From assembly GCA_014896355.1 (NCBI GenBank), contig JADBKO010000001.1, forward strand, positions 2,497 to 66,496: a stretch of DNA of 64,000 nt. Reading direction: 5' to 3'. Below are positions 10,446-20,027 of the stretch, piece after piece. Under the pieces are notes generated by a model. It did not search any database and was not told the origin of the DNA. It saw only the letters and a program-made list of their open reading frames with translations. Within the stretch, counting starts at the first letter, position 1. Every line of letters starts with the position of its first letter. Made by a program: the position numbers and the translations under genes. The stretch comes from Bacillota bacterium. GTDB taxonomy: Bacteria > Bacillota > UBA5301 > Bu52.

Positions 10446-10824
10446 GGCGATGCGCAGGACCAGTAGGCCGGGGCGGAGGCTCAGAGAGCTGCCGGGCGGT
10501 GCGAGGCAGAGGCGTTCCAAGCCGGTCGAACTCCCCTGCAAGCTGTCGGCTGAACGGCAGGCTGCGAAGAACGCCCTGGCGGCGTTCGGCAAGGCGAGGC
10601 GCCAGCGCCTTGCGGATCCGGCCAGAGGCGGGCCCGGGTGGGCGGATGCGCAGCCGGCTTCAGTAGGCTGGACCGGTATCCCCGACCGTTACAGAGGGGG
10701 CCTGGCCAGGATGCGCGCTTCCGTGTGGGCGCCGGCCAGGTGGCGAGTGTCCTGACATCGGCAGGAAATAGGTGTGGTACCGCGGAGCAAGCCTTCGCCC
10801 CTTGGTTGGGGGCGGGGGCTTTTT
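10446..10824 (+). ncRNA. T-box riboswitch (Leu, specifier CUC) with terminator
   Basis: Stem I with AGTAG, CAGAGAG and GGTGCGA boxes; GAA-CTC specifier at 10531-10533; CCGTTA F-box; T-box GGTGTGGTACCGCG at 10771-10784; terminator 10789-10824. Confidence 0.92.
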
Positions 10825-10848
10825 CATTACAGCAGGAGGACCAGTGCT

Positions 10849-13350
10849 ATGCAGGAAAAGTACGCGTTTCACCTAATTGAGCCAAAGTGGCAGAAGCGTT
10901 GGGAGGAGGACGGCCTCTACAACGTGGACCGCAGGGGGAACCGCCCCAAGCTGTACTGCCTGGAGATGTTCCCTTACCCCTCCGGGGATTTGCACATGGG
11001 CCATGTGCGGAACTATTCGCTGGGTGATTCGGTGGCTCGCTACTACCGTATGCGCGGGTATGATGTGTTGCATCCCATCGGCTGGGATGCTTTCGGCCTG
11101 CCGGCGGAAAATGCCGCCATCAAACGGGGGATTCATCCGGCGGATTGGACGGAGCAAAACATCGCCAACATGCGGCAGCAGATGCACCGCCTGGGCTTCA
11201 GCTACGACTGGCGGCGGGAAGTGGCCACCTGCCGGCCGGATTATTATAAGTGGACGGAGTGGATGTTTCTGCTGCTCTATAAGCGGGGTCTGGCCTACAA
11301 AGCCGCAGCCAAGGTCAACTGGTGCCCCAGTTGCGCGACAGTGCTGGCCAACGAGCAGGTGGTCAACGGCGCCTGCTGGCGCTGCCATACGCCGGTGGAG
11401 CAGCGCCAGCTGGAGCAGTGGTTTTTCCGCATCACCGCCTACGCGGAGCAGCTGCTGGAGGACCTGCGGATGCTCACAGACTGGCCCGAAAGGGTCAAAG
11501 TCATGCAGGCCAACTGGATCGGCAAGAGCGAGGGGGCGGAAGTCACCTTCACCGTGGAGGGCACGGGTCAGGAGATTACGGTGTTCACGACCCGGCCGGA
11601 CACGTTGTTCGGCGTCACGTATTTGGTGCTGGCGCCGGAGAATCCCCTGGTGGAGGAGTTGGCGGCCGGCAAGCCGGAGGCGGTCGCCGTGCGGCGGCTG
11701 GCCGCAGAGGCGGCCAGGGTCGCGGCACGGCAGCGTACGGAGCAGGAAAAGATCGGGGTCCCCACCGGAGCCTGGGCCATCAACCCGGTCAATGGGGAGC
11801 GGGTGCCCATTTGGGTGGCCAATTACGTGGTCATGGAATACGGTACCGGTGCGGTGATGGGAGTGCCGGCTCACGATCAGCGGGACTTTGAGTTTGCCCG
11901 CAAGTTCGGCCTGCCGGTGCGGGTCGTCATCCAGCCACAGGACGGCCCGGTGCCGGAGGAGGGAGAGGACCTGGAAGCCGCCTATGAAGGCCCCGGAACC
12001 CTGGTGAATTCCGGCTCCTTCGACGGACTGCCCTGGGAGGAAGGCAAGAAACGGATCACCGCCTGGCTGCAGGAGCATGGCGCAGGCAAGCCCCAGGTCC
12101 AATACAGGCTGCGGGACTGGCTCATTTCCCGCCAGCGCTACTGGGGGGCGCCCATCCCGCTGATTTACTGCGATCACTGCGGCACGGTGCCGGTGTCGGA
12201 GAACGATCTTCCAGTCCTGCTGCCGCGGAATGTGGACTTCCGTCCCGGCGGCCCGTCGCCTTTGGCCCGCTGCCCGGAGTTTGTGAATACCACCTGCCCG
12301 CGGTGCGGCAGGCCGGCGCGGCGCGAGACGGACACCATGGATACCTTCATGTGTTCGTCCTGGTATTACCTGCGCTATGCATCGCCCCATGATGATCAGG
12401 CTCCTTTCCAGCCAGCGGACGTGGATTATTGGCTGCCTGTGGACCAGTACATCGGCGGCATTGAGCATGCGGTCATGCATCTGCTCTACTCGCGCTTCTT
12501 AACGAAGGTGCTGTATGACGCAGGGCTGGTGAAGTTCCGTGAACCGTTCCAGCGGCTGTTCACGCAAGGCATGGTGACCTTGGGCGGATCCGCCATGTCC
12601 AAGTCCAAAGGCAACATCGTGGACCCCAACGATATCGTGGCCAAATACGGGGCGGATACGGCGCGGGTGTTCACGCTGTTCGCCGCGCCGCCCGAGCGCG
12701 ACCTGGAGTGGAGCGAGCAAGGGGTGGAAGGCGCCTATCGCTTCCTGAACCGGGTCTGGCGTTTGGCCTATGAGCTGGAGCCGCTGGTCCGCCAGCCACG
12801 TGGCGGCCGGGCGCAGGGGGGCAACGACCCGTCCGCCTGGCCCAAGGAAGACCGGGAGTTGCGGCGGCTGCTCCATGCCACAGTGAAAAAGGTAGGGCAG
12901 GATATCGGTGAACGCTTTATGCACAACACCGCCATCAGCTCCATCATGGAGCTGGTCAATGCGCTGTACGACTACCGTCAGAATGTCCCGCCAGAGCGGC
13001 AGAATGCGGTTCTTCTGCGGGAAGCGCTGCAGAAGCTGCTGCTGATCCTGGCACCCTTTGCGCCCTATATCACGGAGGAGATTTGGCACCAGCTGGGCTG
13101 GGAGGGCAGCATCCATTTGCAGCCGTGGCCGCAATGGGATGAAGCGGCCTTGGCGGCCGAAGAGGTCACGGTGGTGGTGCAGGTCAACGGCAAGGTGCGT
13201 GACCGGCTGGTGTTGCCGGCAGATACGCCGGAGGAGGTTTTGCGCCAGAAGGCTCTTCAGCTGCCGAAGATCCAACCGTTCTTGGCCGGGCGTACGGTCG
13301 ACAAGGTGGTGTCCGTACCCGGCCGCCTGGTGAACATCGTGGTGCACTAG
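10849..13350 (+). CDS. leuS: Leucine--tRNA ligase
   Basis: [13 protein letters not shown] (HIGH), [16 protein letters not shown]; SD AGGAGG. Confidence 0.98.
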   Translation: MQEKYAFHLIEPKWQKRWEEDGLYNVDRRGNRPKLYCLEMFPYPSGDLHMGHVRNYSLGDSVARYYRMRGYDVLHPIGWDAFGLPAENAAIKRGIHPADWTEQNIANMRQQMHRLGFSYDWRREVATCRPDYYKWTEWMFLLLYKRGLAYKAAAKVNWCPSCATVLANEQVVNGACWRCHTPVEQRQLEQWFFRITAYAEQLLEDLRMLTDWPERVKVMQANWIGKSEGAEVTFTVEGTGQEITVFTTRPDTLFGVTYLVLAPENPLVEELAAGKPEAVAVRRLAAEAARVAARQRTEQEKIGVPTGAWAINPVNGERVPIWVANYVVMEYGTGAVMGVPAHDQRDFEFARKFGLPVRVVIQPQDGPVPEEGEDLEAAYEGPGTLVNSGSFDGLPWEEGKKRITAWLQEHGAGKPQVQYRLRDWLISRQRYWGAPIPLIYCDHCGTVPVSENDLPVLLPRNVDFRPGGPSPLARCPEFVNTTCPRCGRPARRETDTMDTFMCSSWYYLRYASPHDDQAPFQPADVDYWLPVDQYIGGIEHAVMHLLYSRFLTKVLYDAGLVKFREPFQRLFTQGMVTLGGSAMSKSKGNIVDPNDIVAKYGADTARVFTLFAAPPERDLEWSEQGVEGAYRFLNRVWRLAYELEPLVRQPRGGRAQGGNDPSAWPKEDRELRRLLHATVKKVGQDIGERFMHNTAISSIMELVNALYDYRQNVPPERQNAVLLREALQKLLLILAPFAPYITEEIWHQLGWEGSIHLQPWPQWDEAALAAEEVTVVVQVNGKVRDRLVLPADTPEEVLRQKALQLPKIQPFLAGRTVDKVVSVPGRLVNIVVH

Positions 13351-13477
13351 AAGCGGCCTTCGCGACCTACCGGGGGACTTAGCTTTTTTAGCAAAAACAT
13401 GTGAGAGAAGGAGAAAAACGCAGCACCCCTCCCACTGGAGTGTGTATGCCAGGAGGGTAGAGGGGTGCTGGTCGTGT

Positions 13478-13507
13478 TTGCCATGTCCTGGCTCGCAGCC
13501 CTACAAT
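13478..13507 (+). promoter_or_regulatory. sigmaA-type promoter for comE genes
   Basis: TTGCCA-N18-TACAAT; preceded by hairpin 13421-13470. Confidence 0.5.
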
Positions 13508-13538
13508 GGGAGCATCCATCTTGGGGAGGCGAGCGTGC

Positions 13539-14228
13539 ATGGCACTTGGGGCAGGTGGGACAAAGGCGGCGGGGTTGAGGCGTGGAAGCCGTATGGCGGC
13601 GGTTTGGCGGGGCTTGCAGCGGTGGATGCCCTGGCTGGTAGGAGCCACATTGTTTGTGGCCGGGGCCGTGGTGGCGGCGGAGCCCGATCTGCTATGGGCC
13701 CGCGGGGAGGAGACCTTCGTGAACCTGCCGCTGCCCGCCGGACATGGGACGCCGGCGACGGTGAGCAGCTCATCGCTGGCTGCAGCTGTGGAGGGGATGG
13801 ACGGAGGTGGGAGCAGGGCCCGAAGCGCGGTGGAGGCGGCTGCTTCGAAACCTGCCGCCCCCCGGCCACCAGTACGAGCAGAAGCTCCAGCGGCCCGTAA
13901 GTTGGAAGGCAGCGCTCAGCGGGGCGCGGGAGCGCTTCCGGCGCGAGGATCCGCGCCTGCGCCTGTATCTGGAGCGTCCAAGGGAGCCGCCGTAAACGCC
14001 GGCACGGCCAGCAAGGGCTTTTTGATCAACATCAACACCGCCGGGCTGGCGGAGCTGGATATGCTTCCCGGCATCGGCCAGTCTTTGGCCCAAAGAATCC
14101 TGGATTACCGGAAAAAGCACGGCCCCTTCCGGACGCCCGAGGACCTTTTGGGCGTCCCCGGCATCGGGCCCAAGAAGTTGGCCAAAATTCGACCCCTGAT
14201 AACGTGCGGGTCCCAAGCGGCCCGGTGA
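13539..14228 (+). CDS. comEA: ComEA-family helix-hairpin-helix DNA uptake protein
   Basis: N-terminal TM, Ala/Pro linker, ININTA..ELDMLPGIG..AQRI..YRKKHGPF..VPGIGPK; no obvious SLBB domain. Confidence 0.88.
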   Translation: MALGAGGTKAAGLRRGSRMAAVWRGLQRWMPWLVGATLFVAGAVVAAEPDLLWARGEETFVNLPLPAGHGTPATVSSSSLAAAVEGMDGGGSRARSAVEAAASKPAAPRPPVRAEAPAARKLEGSAQRGAGALPARGSAPAPVSGASKGAAVNAGTASKGFLININTAGLAELDMLPGIGQSLAQRILDYRKKHGPFRTPEDLLGVPGIGPKKLAKIRPLITCGSQAAR

Positions 14229-16981
14229 CGCCGGTGCAGATCCCCATGGGGCCTCTTGTCTGGCTGGGGGCGGCCGCCGGTGGGATCTGCCTGGCACGGG
14301 CTGTGGGAGGTGCGGCAGGCCTGTGGGCAGGTCTTGCCTGTGCCTGCTGGGGTGCAGCGGCCCTCCTGCAGCACGGAGGGATCCGGCCTCCCGCGGAAGG
14401 GGCGGGATTCAGAAGCACCGCCAGCCGGGCTTTGTTCGTGGCGGCCATGGCGGTGGCCATGGCCGCCCGCAGTGTAGGGGTCATGGGCCCGCCGGCGGAG
14501 TTGAGCACGTTTCTGGGCATCCCCGGCGAGCACTTGCGACAGGTGTACTGGCAGGACTCCGGCGGAATCCTGGCTGGGGACCGGATCACCCGGACCATTC
14601 CGGTGTTTGTGCAAGGCACGGTAGAGAATGTGGAGTGGAATGCGGATGGCACCTGCCGTCTTCTGGTGACCGTGAGCGCGCCGGCCCTGGCCGGGCAGCG
14701 GGTGTTGTTGCACGTGGTGGAAGATCGGGGCCAGAAGGTCCCGCGGCGTAGCTCAGGCGGGGAGCCCTTTTACCCGGGATGCCGTGTGGAAGGCACATGG
14801 CGGATCGGCATTCCCAAGGCTGCAGGAAACTGGGGAGAGTTTTCGTATCGTCAGTACCTGGCGGAACAGGGGATCTTCCTGGCCGGCTACGCTCCGGTGG
14901 GCGAAGTCCGTTTGTTGCCCGGCGGCTCCGGGCCGGGATGGTTTTGGTCCTGGCGGCAAGAGATGATCCATACCGCCACGGCTGCAGGGTCCCGGGACTC
15001 TGGAGGCTTGTTGGCTGCCGCTTTGCTTGGGGACACCCGCTGTTTGTCTCCGGACAGCCGGCAGCGTTGGCAGCAAACGGGAGTCTATCACTTACTGGTG
15101 GTTTCCGGGGTGCATGTGGGGCTGGTGGCCGCAGCCCTCATGGCCCTGCTGCGGCGGCTGGGCTTCGGTCTTCCCTGGACGTGGGCAGCGGGGGCCACGG
15201 CAGGCTGGGCGTATACCATGCTGGCGGGAGCGCAGATCCCTTCCGTGCGCTCGGCCTTGATGCTCACGGTGGTGGCTGTATTGCGGGCGGCGGGGATGCC
15301 GGTTTCGGCCTGGAACACCCTTGCCCTGGCGGGTCTGGTCCTGCTCTGCTGGCAGCCCATGGCGCTGTTTTCCCTCTCCTTCCGGCTCAGCGTCCTGGCC
15401 ACGGCGGCGACGTTGCTGGCAGCCCAGGTCAGCCGCTCGGCCGGTGCTGCCGGCCGGTCCTGGGGAGCAGGGGGCCCCACCCCCGCAGGCGCAGCAGGAT
15501 TCCTGGAGACGTCGCCCTGGAAACGGGCTTTGCATGCTGCGCGGACCGCAGTGGCGTTCGCGGCTCTGGTCGAGATCGTTCTCTGGCCGCTTCAATGGGA
15601 GGCCTTCGGGGGCATTCCCGGGTGGGGCATCGTAAACAACCTGATCCTGGGTCCGGTGGTCACTCTGGCGCTCATCACAGGGTTGTGCGGTCTGCTTCCA
15701 GCCTGGATTACGGGCCAGGAGGAACTTTTCCTGGGCGTGGCACGGCAGATCCTGGAATGGTCCGATGTGTACCTGAGATGGGCTGCGCGGTGGCCCGGCG
15801 CCTGGGCCTTCCTGGCCCAACCACCGGCAGGGGTAACCGGCTTGCTTCTGGCAGCACTGGTCGTCCTGGGCTTTTCGCGATCGTACTTCGGAAAGATCCC
15901 TGCGCCCCTGGCCGCCCACAAATGGCGGCGGGGACGCCAGGCGGCAGTGTTCCTGCTGGTGTTTCTCTGCGGAATGGCGGCGGGCAGGGTTTGTCGAGCT
16001 TGGCTGGGCCCCGGGCTGGAGGTCACGTTTCTGGACGTGGGTCAGGGGTTGAGCGTCCATGTGCGGGTGAGGCCGGGGATCCAAATCCTGTTTGATGCCG
16101 GGGGAAGCAACGACCCAGCAGGATTCGACGTGGGCGGACGGGTGGTTTTGCCATACCTTCGTCGGGATGGCGTGCGGAGCCTGCAGCTTTTGGCGGCCAG
16201 CCACCGGCATGCGGACCATTTCGCCGGCTGTGCGGCGGTGGTCTCGGCACTGCCAGTCCAGGCCGCCGGGGCACCGTGGGCGGTTTTGGCACCGGGGGAG
16301 GAGGTTGCAGCGGCGCGGCCCAAGGAAACTCCGGGCCGGGATCCGGTGGCATTTGCGGGCCAGCAGGGCCCAGGCCTGCGCAGTCAGGAGCTGCGATTGT
16401 GGCGACAGTACCTGGAACAGCTGGAACGCGCCGGCATCCCCCTGCGGTCTTTCTCGCCAGGAATGCAGCTCCGCGCCGGTGAGGGACTCCTCATACGCTG
16501 TTTGGCGCCGCTCCCGGAGGCGGCGGCACAGGCGGACGAAAACACCGCGTCCCTGGTCTGGTGGCTGCAATACGGACGGTTCTCGTTGCTCTTGCCTGCG
16601 GACCTGGAAAGCCCGGGATTGGAGCGGACCTTGGCTGTTGCCGGGAAATCCTGGCCCCTGGACTTGCCTTATCCGCTGACGGTGCTTCAGGTGCCCCATC
16701 ACGGAAGCGCCAAGTCCCTGAGCCCGGAACTTCTGTCCGGGCTGCAGCCTCTTTATGCCGTGATTTCCGTGGGACCCAACGGTTTTCGCCACCCGGCCAA
16801 GACCACGTTGCGGCTGCTGGAACACATGGGCATCCCGTATTTCCGCACGGATGTACAGGGGGCTGTACGCCTGCGGACGGACGGCAGCAGGCTGTGGATC
16901 CACACGAAAAACCGGGCTTTGCCCCGCGGGCCGGACGTGTCAGCCAGCCCGGCGGGCAGACCCGTGGGCCGTCTATTGTAG
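14225..16981 (+). CDS. comEC: DNA internalization competence protein ComEC/Rec2
   Basis: GVYHLLVVSGVHVG, FLDVGQG, SHRHADH, VPHHGS, RTDVQGAV; GTGA overlap with comEA. Confidence 0.92.
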   Translation: MTPVQIPMGPLVWLGAAAGGICLARAVGGAAGLWAGLACACWGAAALLQHGGIRPPAEGAGFRSTASRALFVAAMAVAMAARSVGVMGPPAELSTFLGIPGEHLRQVYWQDSGGILAGDRITRTIPVFVQGTVENVEWNADGTCRLLVTVSAPALAGQRVLLHVVEDRGQKVPRRSSGGEPFYPGCRVEGTWRIGIPKAAGNWGEFSYRQYLAEQGIFLAGYAPVGEVRLLPGGSGPGWFWSWRQEMIHTATAAGSRDSGGLLAAALLGDTRCLSPDSRQRWQQTGVYHLLVVSGVHVGLVAAALMALLRRLGFGLPWTWAAGATAGWAYTMLAGAQIPSVRSALMLTVVAVLRAAGMPVSAWNTLALAGLVLLCWQPMALFSLSFRLSVLATAATLLAAQVSRSAGAAGRSWGAGGPTPAGAAGFLETSPWKRALHAARTAVAFAALVEIVLWPLQWEAFGGIPGWGIVNNLILGPVVTLALITGLCGLLPAWITGQEELFLGVARQILEWSDVYLRWAARWPGAWAFLAQPPAGVTGLLLAALVVLGFSRSYFGKIPAPLAAHKWRRGRQAAVFLLVFLCGMAAGRVCRAWLGPGLEVTFLDVGQGLSVHVRVRPGIQILFDAGGSNDPAGFDVGGRVVLPYLRRDGVRSLQLLAASHRHADHFAGCAAVVSALPVQAAGAPWAVLAPGEEVAAARPKETPGRDPVAFAGQQGPGLRSQELRLWRQYLEQLERAGIPLRSFSPGMQLRAGEGLLIRCLAPLPEAAAQADENTASLVWWLQYGRFSLLLPADLESPGLERTLAVAGKSWPLDLPYPLTVLQVPHHGSAKSLSPELLSGLQPLYAVISVGPNGFRHPAKTTLRLLEHMGIPYFRTDVQGAVRLRTDGSRLWIHTKNRALPRGPDVSASPAGRPVGRLL

Positions 16982-18262
16982 GTACAGATAGGCGTCGCTG
17001 AGGTCCACACCAGGGTGCAGGGCCGCGTTGAGACCTCCGGCCACCACCCGGGCCACGTCTTCGATGATGACATCGATTTCTTTGGGGGTGACCACCAGGG
17101 GACCCAGGTAGGGCGCCAACACTTCGTCCAGGACCCGTTGCTTGTTTCCGGGCGAAACCTGCCAGGAATGCGGCGGAGGCGGTGGCGGTTCGGGGTGCTG
17201 CTCCGGATGCAAAATGCGGTCTGGATCGATGGACCCGGGAAAACCGGCCTGGGGAGAATCGGGCTCCGCCGAGCTGGCATCCCCGCGGGACTGGCCGCTG
17301 GCGCCGGAATCGGCCTGTGGGGCAGAGCCGCGGCCGTCTGAGCCGGAACACTGTTTCCGGGTCTCCAGCTCTTCACGGGCCACGGTCTGCCAGTAGTAGT
17401 CCAGCGCGTCGCTGACGATGGCCAAAGCGTGCACCACGGTGGGGACGCCGACGGCCAGCGTGGGGATGCCCAGCGCATCGGAGCTGATCCCCCTTCTCAG
17501 GTTGCCGACCCCGGAGCCGGGACTGATACCGGCGTCGGAGATCTGGATGTTACTTCCGATGCGTTCCACGTCCCGGGCTGCCAGTGCGTCGATGGCAATG
17601 ACCATGGCGGGATGGATTTGACGTACCAGGGCGTGTACGATTTCCCCGGTTTCCATGCCCGTAATCCCCATGACGCCCGGCGAGAGGGCGGCCACCGGCC
17701 GCAGGCCTTCGCGCAGTTCTTCGGAGACCACGTTTTGCAGGTGGCGAGTCACCAAGCTGTAATGGATGACTCTGGGACCCAGGGCATCGGGGGTTGCGTT
17801 CCAGTTACCCAGCCCCACCAGCAGAACCAGACCGTCCTGGGGAATCCGGCGCAGATAAGGTTCCAATTCGTCGGCCAGGACCTGGCTGACCTGTTGGTGG
17901 GCTTGCCGCTGGTGGGTGCGCAGTACAGGCGCCTCAATGGTGGTATAGTGCCCCGGTAGCTTTCCCAGCAGGCGGGACGCGTCCGGCGAGACGATCTGCA
18001 TGCGTGTGACTTTACAGAATTCGTTGGGCTCCGAGGTTTCCACCTTCGCCCCCGGGATTTCGCGCTCCGCCATGGCCAGGGCGTGGGCCTCCAGGGCCAA
18101 ATCCGTCCGGACGGCCTGGACTTCCTCCCGCATGGCCTCGGCCAGCCCTGGCCCTTCCCATTCCCGCCGGCGATACCAAGCCATCCGGGCCCAGTGGTCG
18201 AAGGGGAGCGCGGGGGCTGGGAGCCTACGGGAGTGTGGCTGGGAGTGGTCCTGTTTGGGCAT
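16973..18262 (-). CDS. gpr: Germination protease GPR
   Basis: RTDLALE autoprocessing site, VGLGNWNATPDALGP, IDALAAR, PGSGVGN, VTPKEID; SD GAAGGAGG. Confidence 0.95.
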   Translation of the reverse strand: MPKQDHSQPHSRRLPAPALPFDHWARMAWYRRREWEGPGLAEAMREEVQAVRTDLALEAHALAMAEREIPGAKVETSEPNEFCKVTRMQIVSPDASRLLGKLPGHYTTIEAPVLRTHQRQAHQQVSQVLADELEPYLRRIPQDGLVLLVGLGNWNATPDALGPRVIHYSLVTRHLQNVVSEELREGLRPVAALSPGVMGITGMETGEIVHALVRQIHPAMVIAIDALAARDVERIGSNIQISDAGISPGSGVGNLRRGISSDALGIPTLAVGVPTVVHALAIVSDALDYYWQTVAREELETRKQCSGSDGRGSAPQADSGASGQSRGDASSAEPDSPQAGFPGSIDPDRILHPEQHPEPPPPPPHSWQVSPGNKQRVLDEVLAPYLGPLVVTPKEIDVIIEDVARVVAGGLNAALHPGVDLSDAYLYLQ

Positions 18263-18288
18263 GAAAATCCTCCTTCGCGTTTCAGACC

Positions 18289-18318
18289 AAGCATGGCCCG
18301 AGCCACGGCTGCTTATGC
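18289..18318 (-). promoter_or_regulatory. sigmaF/sigmaG-like forespore promoter of gpr
   Basis: Minus strand GCATA-N15-GGCCATGCTT matches GCATR-N15-GGnnAnnnT. Confidence 0.65.
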
Positions 18319-18340
18319 ACGCGGAGCGCCCCGCAGGCTG

Positions 18341-18369
18341 TTGAGATCTGGCGCTGCGTGTGGTAGAAT
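18341..18369 (+). promoter_or_regulatory. sigmaA promoter of rpsT
   Basis: TTGAGA-N17-TAGAAT with extended TG. Confidence 0.7.
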
Positions 18370-18407
18370 CCAGATTTAGTGGAATGCATCAGGAAGGGGA
18401 TTGGGCC

Positions 18408-18689
18408 TTGGCGAACATCAAGTCGGCTATCAAACGGGCGGAGTTGAGCAAGCTGCGCCGCGAGAAAAACGTTTCCATACGCTCTGCCATCCGGACGGCG
18501 GCAAAACGAGTGGAGGCGGCTGTAGCCAGCGGCAACAGCCAGGAAGCCGAGCAGCGGCTGCGGCAGGCGGCTTCCGCGTGGGATAAGGCCGCGGTCCGCG
18601 GAAAAGTCCACCCGAATACTGCGGCCCGGAAGAAATCCCGCCTGGCCAAGAAAGTTCTTGCTTTGCAGAGTTCCCCGGCGGGTCAGTGA
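18408..18689 (+). CDS. rpsT: 30S ribosomal protein S20
   Basis: ANIKSAIKRA...HPNTAARKKSRL; TTG start. Confidence 0.96.
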   Translation: MANIKSAIKRAELSKLRREKNVSIRSAIRTAAKRVEAAVASGNSQEAEQRLRQAASAWDKAAVRGKVHPNTAARKKSRLAKKVLALQSSPAGQ

Positions 18690-18789
18690 GCCCCGCCGGC
18701 AGGCCGGGCGGGCTATGGTCTGCCGCGGCCCACGGCCGTTGTCCACGGGTTGGAAAGCGCAGCCGTCCGACGCCGACGCGGGAAGTCCT

Positions 18790-19839
18790 CTAGGATGCCA
18801 GCCGGTATACCAAGGCCTGCAATTCGACCTTTTTGTCGGTGGCCAGGCCTGAACGCAGGCGGGCGCCCGTGGCGAGGAGCAGATTGAGGGCCTGAACCAG
18901 CTTTTCTTCCTTCAGATGGGGAGCCTGGTCCAGGCATTTCCGTATAGTGAAGGGGTTCTGGCCGCTGCGCTGGGCGATGGCTCCAGGGCTCCGCACCCCT
19001 TGTTGCCAGAGGGAATGTACGTAGAGAAGGTTCCGGTAGTGCCAAGCCAACATGGCCAGAAGGCGGGTTTCGTTTTCGCCACTGGACCATAAGTCCTCCA
19101 GGCTGGACAGCGCCCCCAGCAGATCCCCGCGGCTGGCGGCTTCCGTCAGGTCGAACACGCTGTTCAGAACCCTGCGGCCCACCAAGGCCGCGATATCTTC
19201 CGTCCGCACGTCCCGGCGGTCGCCGAGGTAATTGACGATTTTGCCCCACTCCAGACTTAATGTCTGCAGGTCCGGGCCCACATCGGCCACCAGGGCCTCG
19301 GCTGCGTCGGCGGCCAGACGGAGCCCTTCCTCCCGGGCCTGATCCTGGACCCACCGCACAGCGTCGGTTTCGCGCAGGCGCTGAAATTCCAACACCTGGC
19401 CCACTTTGTGGATCTGGGCCAGGGCTGCCCGTCCTGCTCCCACGCCCGGAATTTTGCCCAGGAGGATCAGGCAGCTGGTGGGGGGCAGGTTCTCGATCAA
19501 TGCTGGGAGGGCTTTGACCACCTCCGCCCCGAGCTCTTCCGCCCGTCGCACAGTGACGACGCGCCTTTGGGCCCCAAACGGGAATGCCAGGACAGCTTGT
19601 TCCAGGTCTGGGACGGTGATCTCGGCACCGTCCAGGACGGCGTGGTTGAGCTCCGCAGCCTCTGCGGGCAGAAGCTGCGCCACCAGCCAATGCCAGGCCT
19701 GCTCCTGGCCGAAAGCATCTTCGCCGAAGAGCATGTACACGGGCGCAACCTGGCCCAGGGACACCGCCAGCTTCACGGAGCCCCATTCCTGCTGCGATGC
19801 TCCCGGTGCGGTTCCCGGGCGTCTGTCCTTTCCGGCCAT
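18790..19839 (-). CDS. holA: DNA polymerase III subunit delta
   Basis: PVYMLFGED.F, FPFGAQRRVVTVR, VGPDL..LSLEWGKI..Y, SVFDLTEA. Confidence 0.9.
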   Translation of the reverse strand: MAGKDRRPGTAPGASQQEWGSVKLAVSLGQVAPVYMLFGEDAFGQEQAWHWLVAQLLPAEAAELNHAVLDGAEITVPDLEQAVLAFPFGAQRRVVTVRRAEELGAEVVKALPALIENLPPTSCLILLGKIPGVGAGRAALAQIHKVGQVLEFQRLRETDAVRWVQDQAREEGLRLAADAAEALVADVGPDLQTLSLEWGKIVNYLGDRRDVRTEDIAALVGRRVLNSVFDLTEAASRGDLLGALSSLEDLWSSGENETRLLAMLAWHYRNLLYVHSLWQQGVRSPGAIAQRSGQNPFTIRKCLDQAPHLKEEKLVQALNLLLATGARLRSGLATDKKVELQALVYRLAS

Positions 19840-19865
19840 CCGTCCCTCGCCTCTTTTCAGGGAAC

Positions 19866-19894
19866 AGTCTATCCCTCTTTCACAGGTCCGTAAA
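19866..19894 (-). promoter_or_regulatory. sigmaA-type promoter of holA
   Basis: Minus strand TTTACG-N17-TAGACT. Confidence 0.55.
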
Positions 19895-20027
19895 GCCTTT
19901 AAAACCGGCCCGGCGGCAGCGCCGGCGTTGCCAGCAGCATGGGCCTGCCGCGCGGGAGAGCCGGACAACCAGGCATGTTCCCCCCGGGGGCCACATAGAC
20001 ATCTGTAGAACAGGGGGTGGCGTGGCG

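Noticed and set aside
13381-13470. ComK box or riboswitch upstream of comEA
   Set aside because: The A/T tracts do not form AAAA-N5-TTTT, and the hairpin at 13421-13470 lies upstream of the predicted promoter, so it is more likely a leuS terminator-like stem.
16960-20010. Inverted repeats at the inversion breakpoints (short atagac and atctgta matches)
   Set aside because: Matches are only 6-7 nt and in swapped order, with no recombinase nearby; not evidence for an invertible switch.
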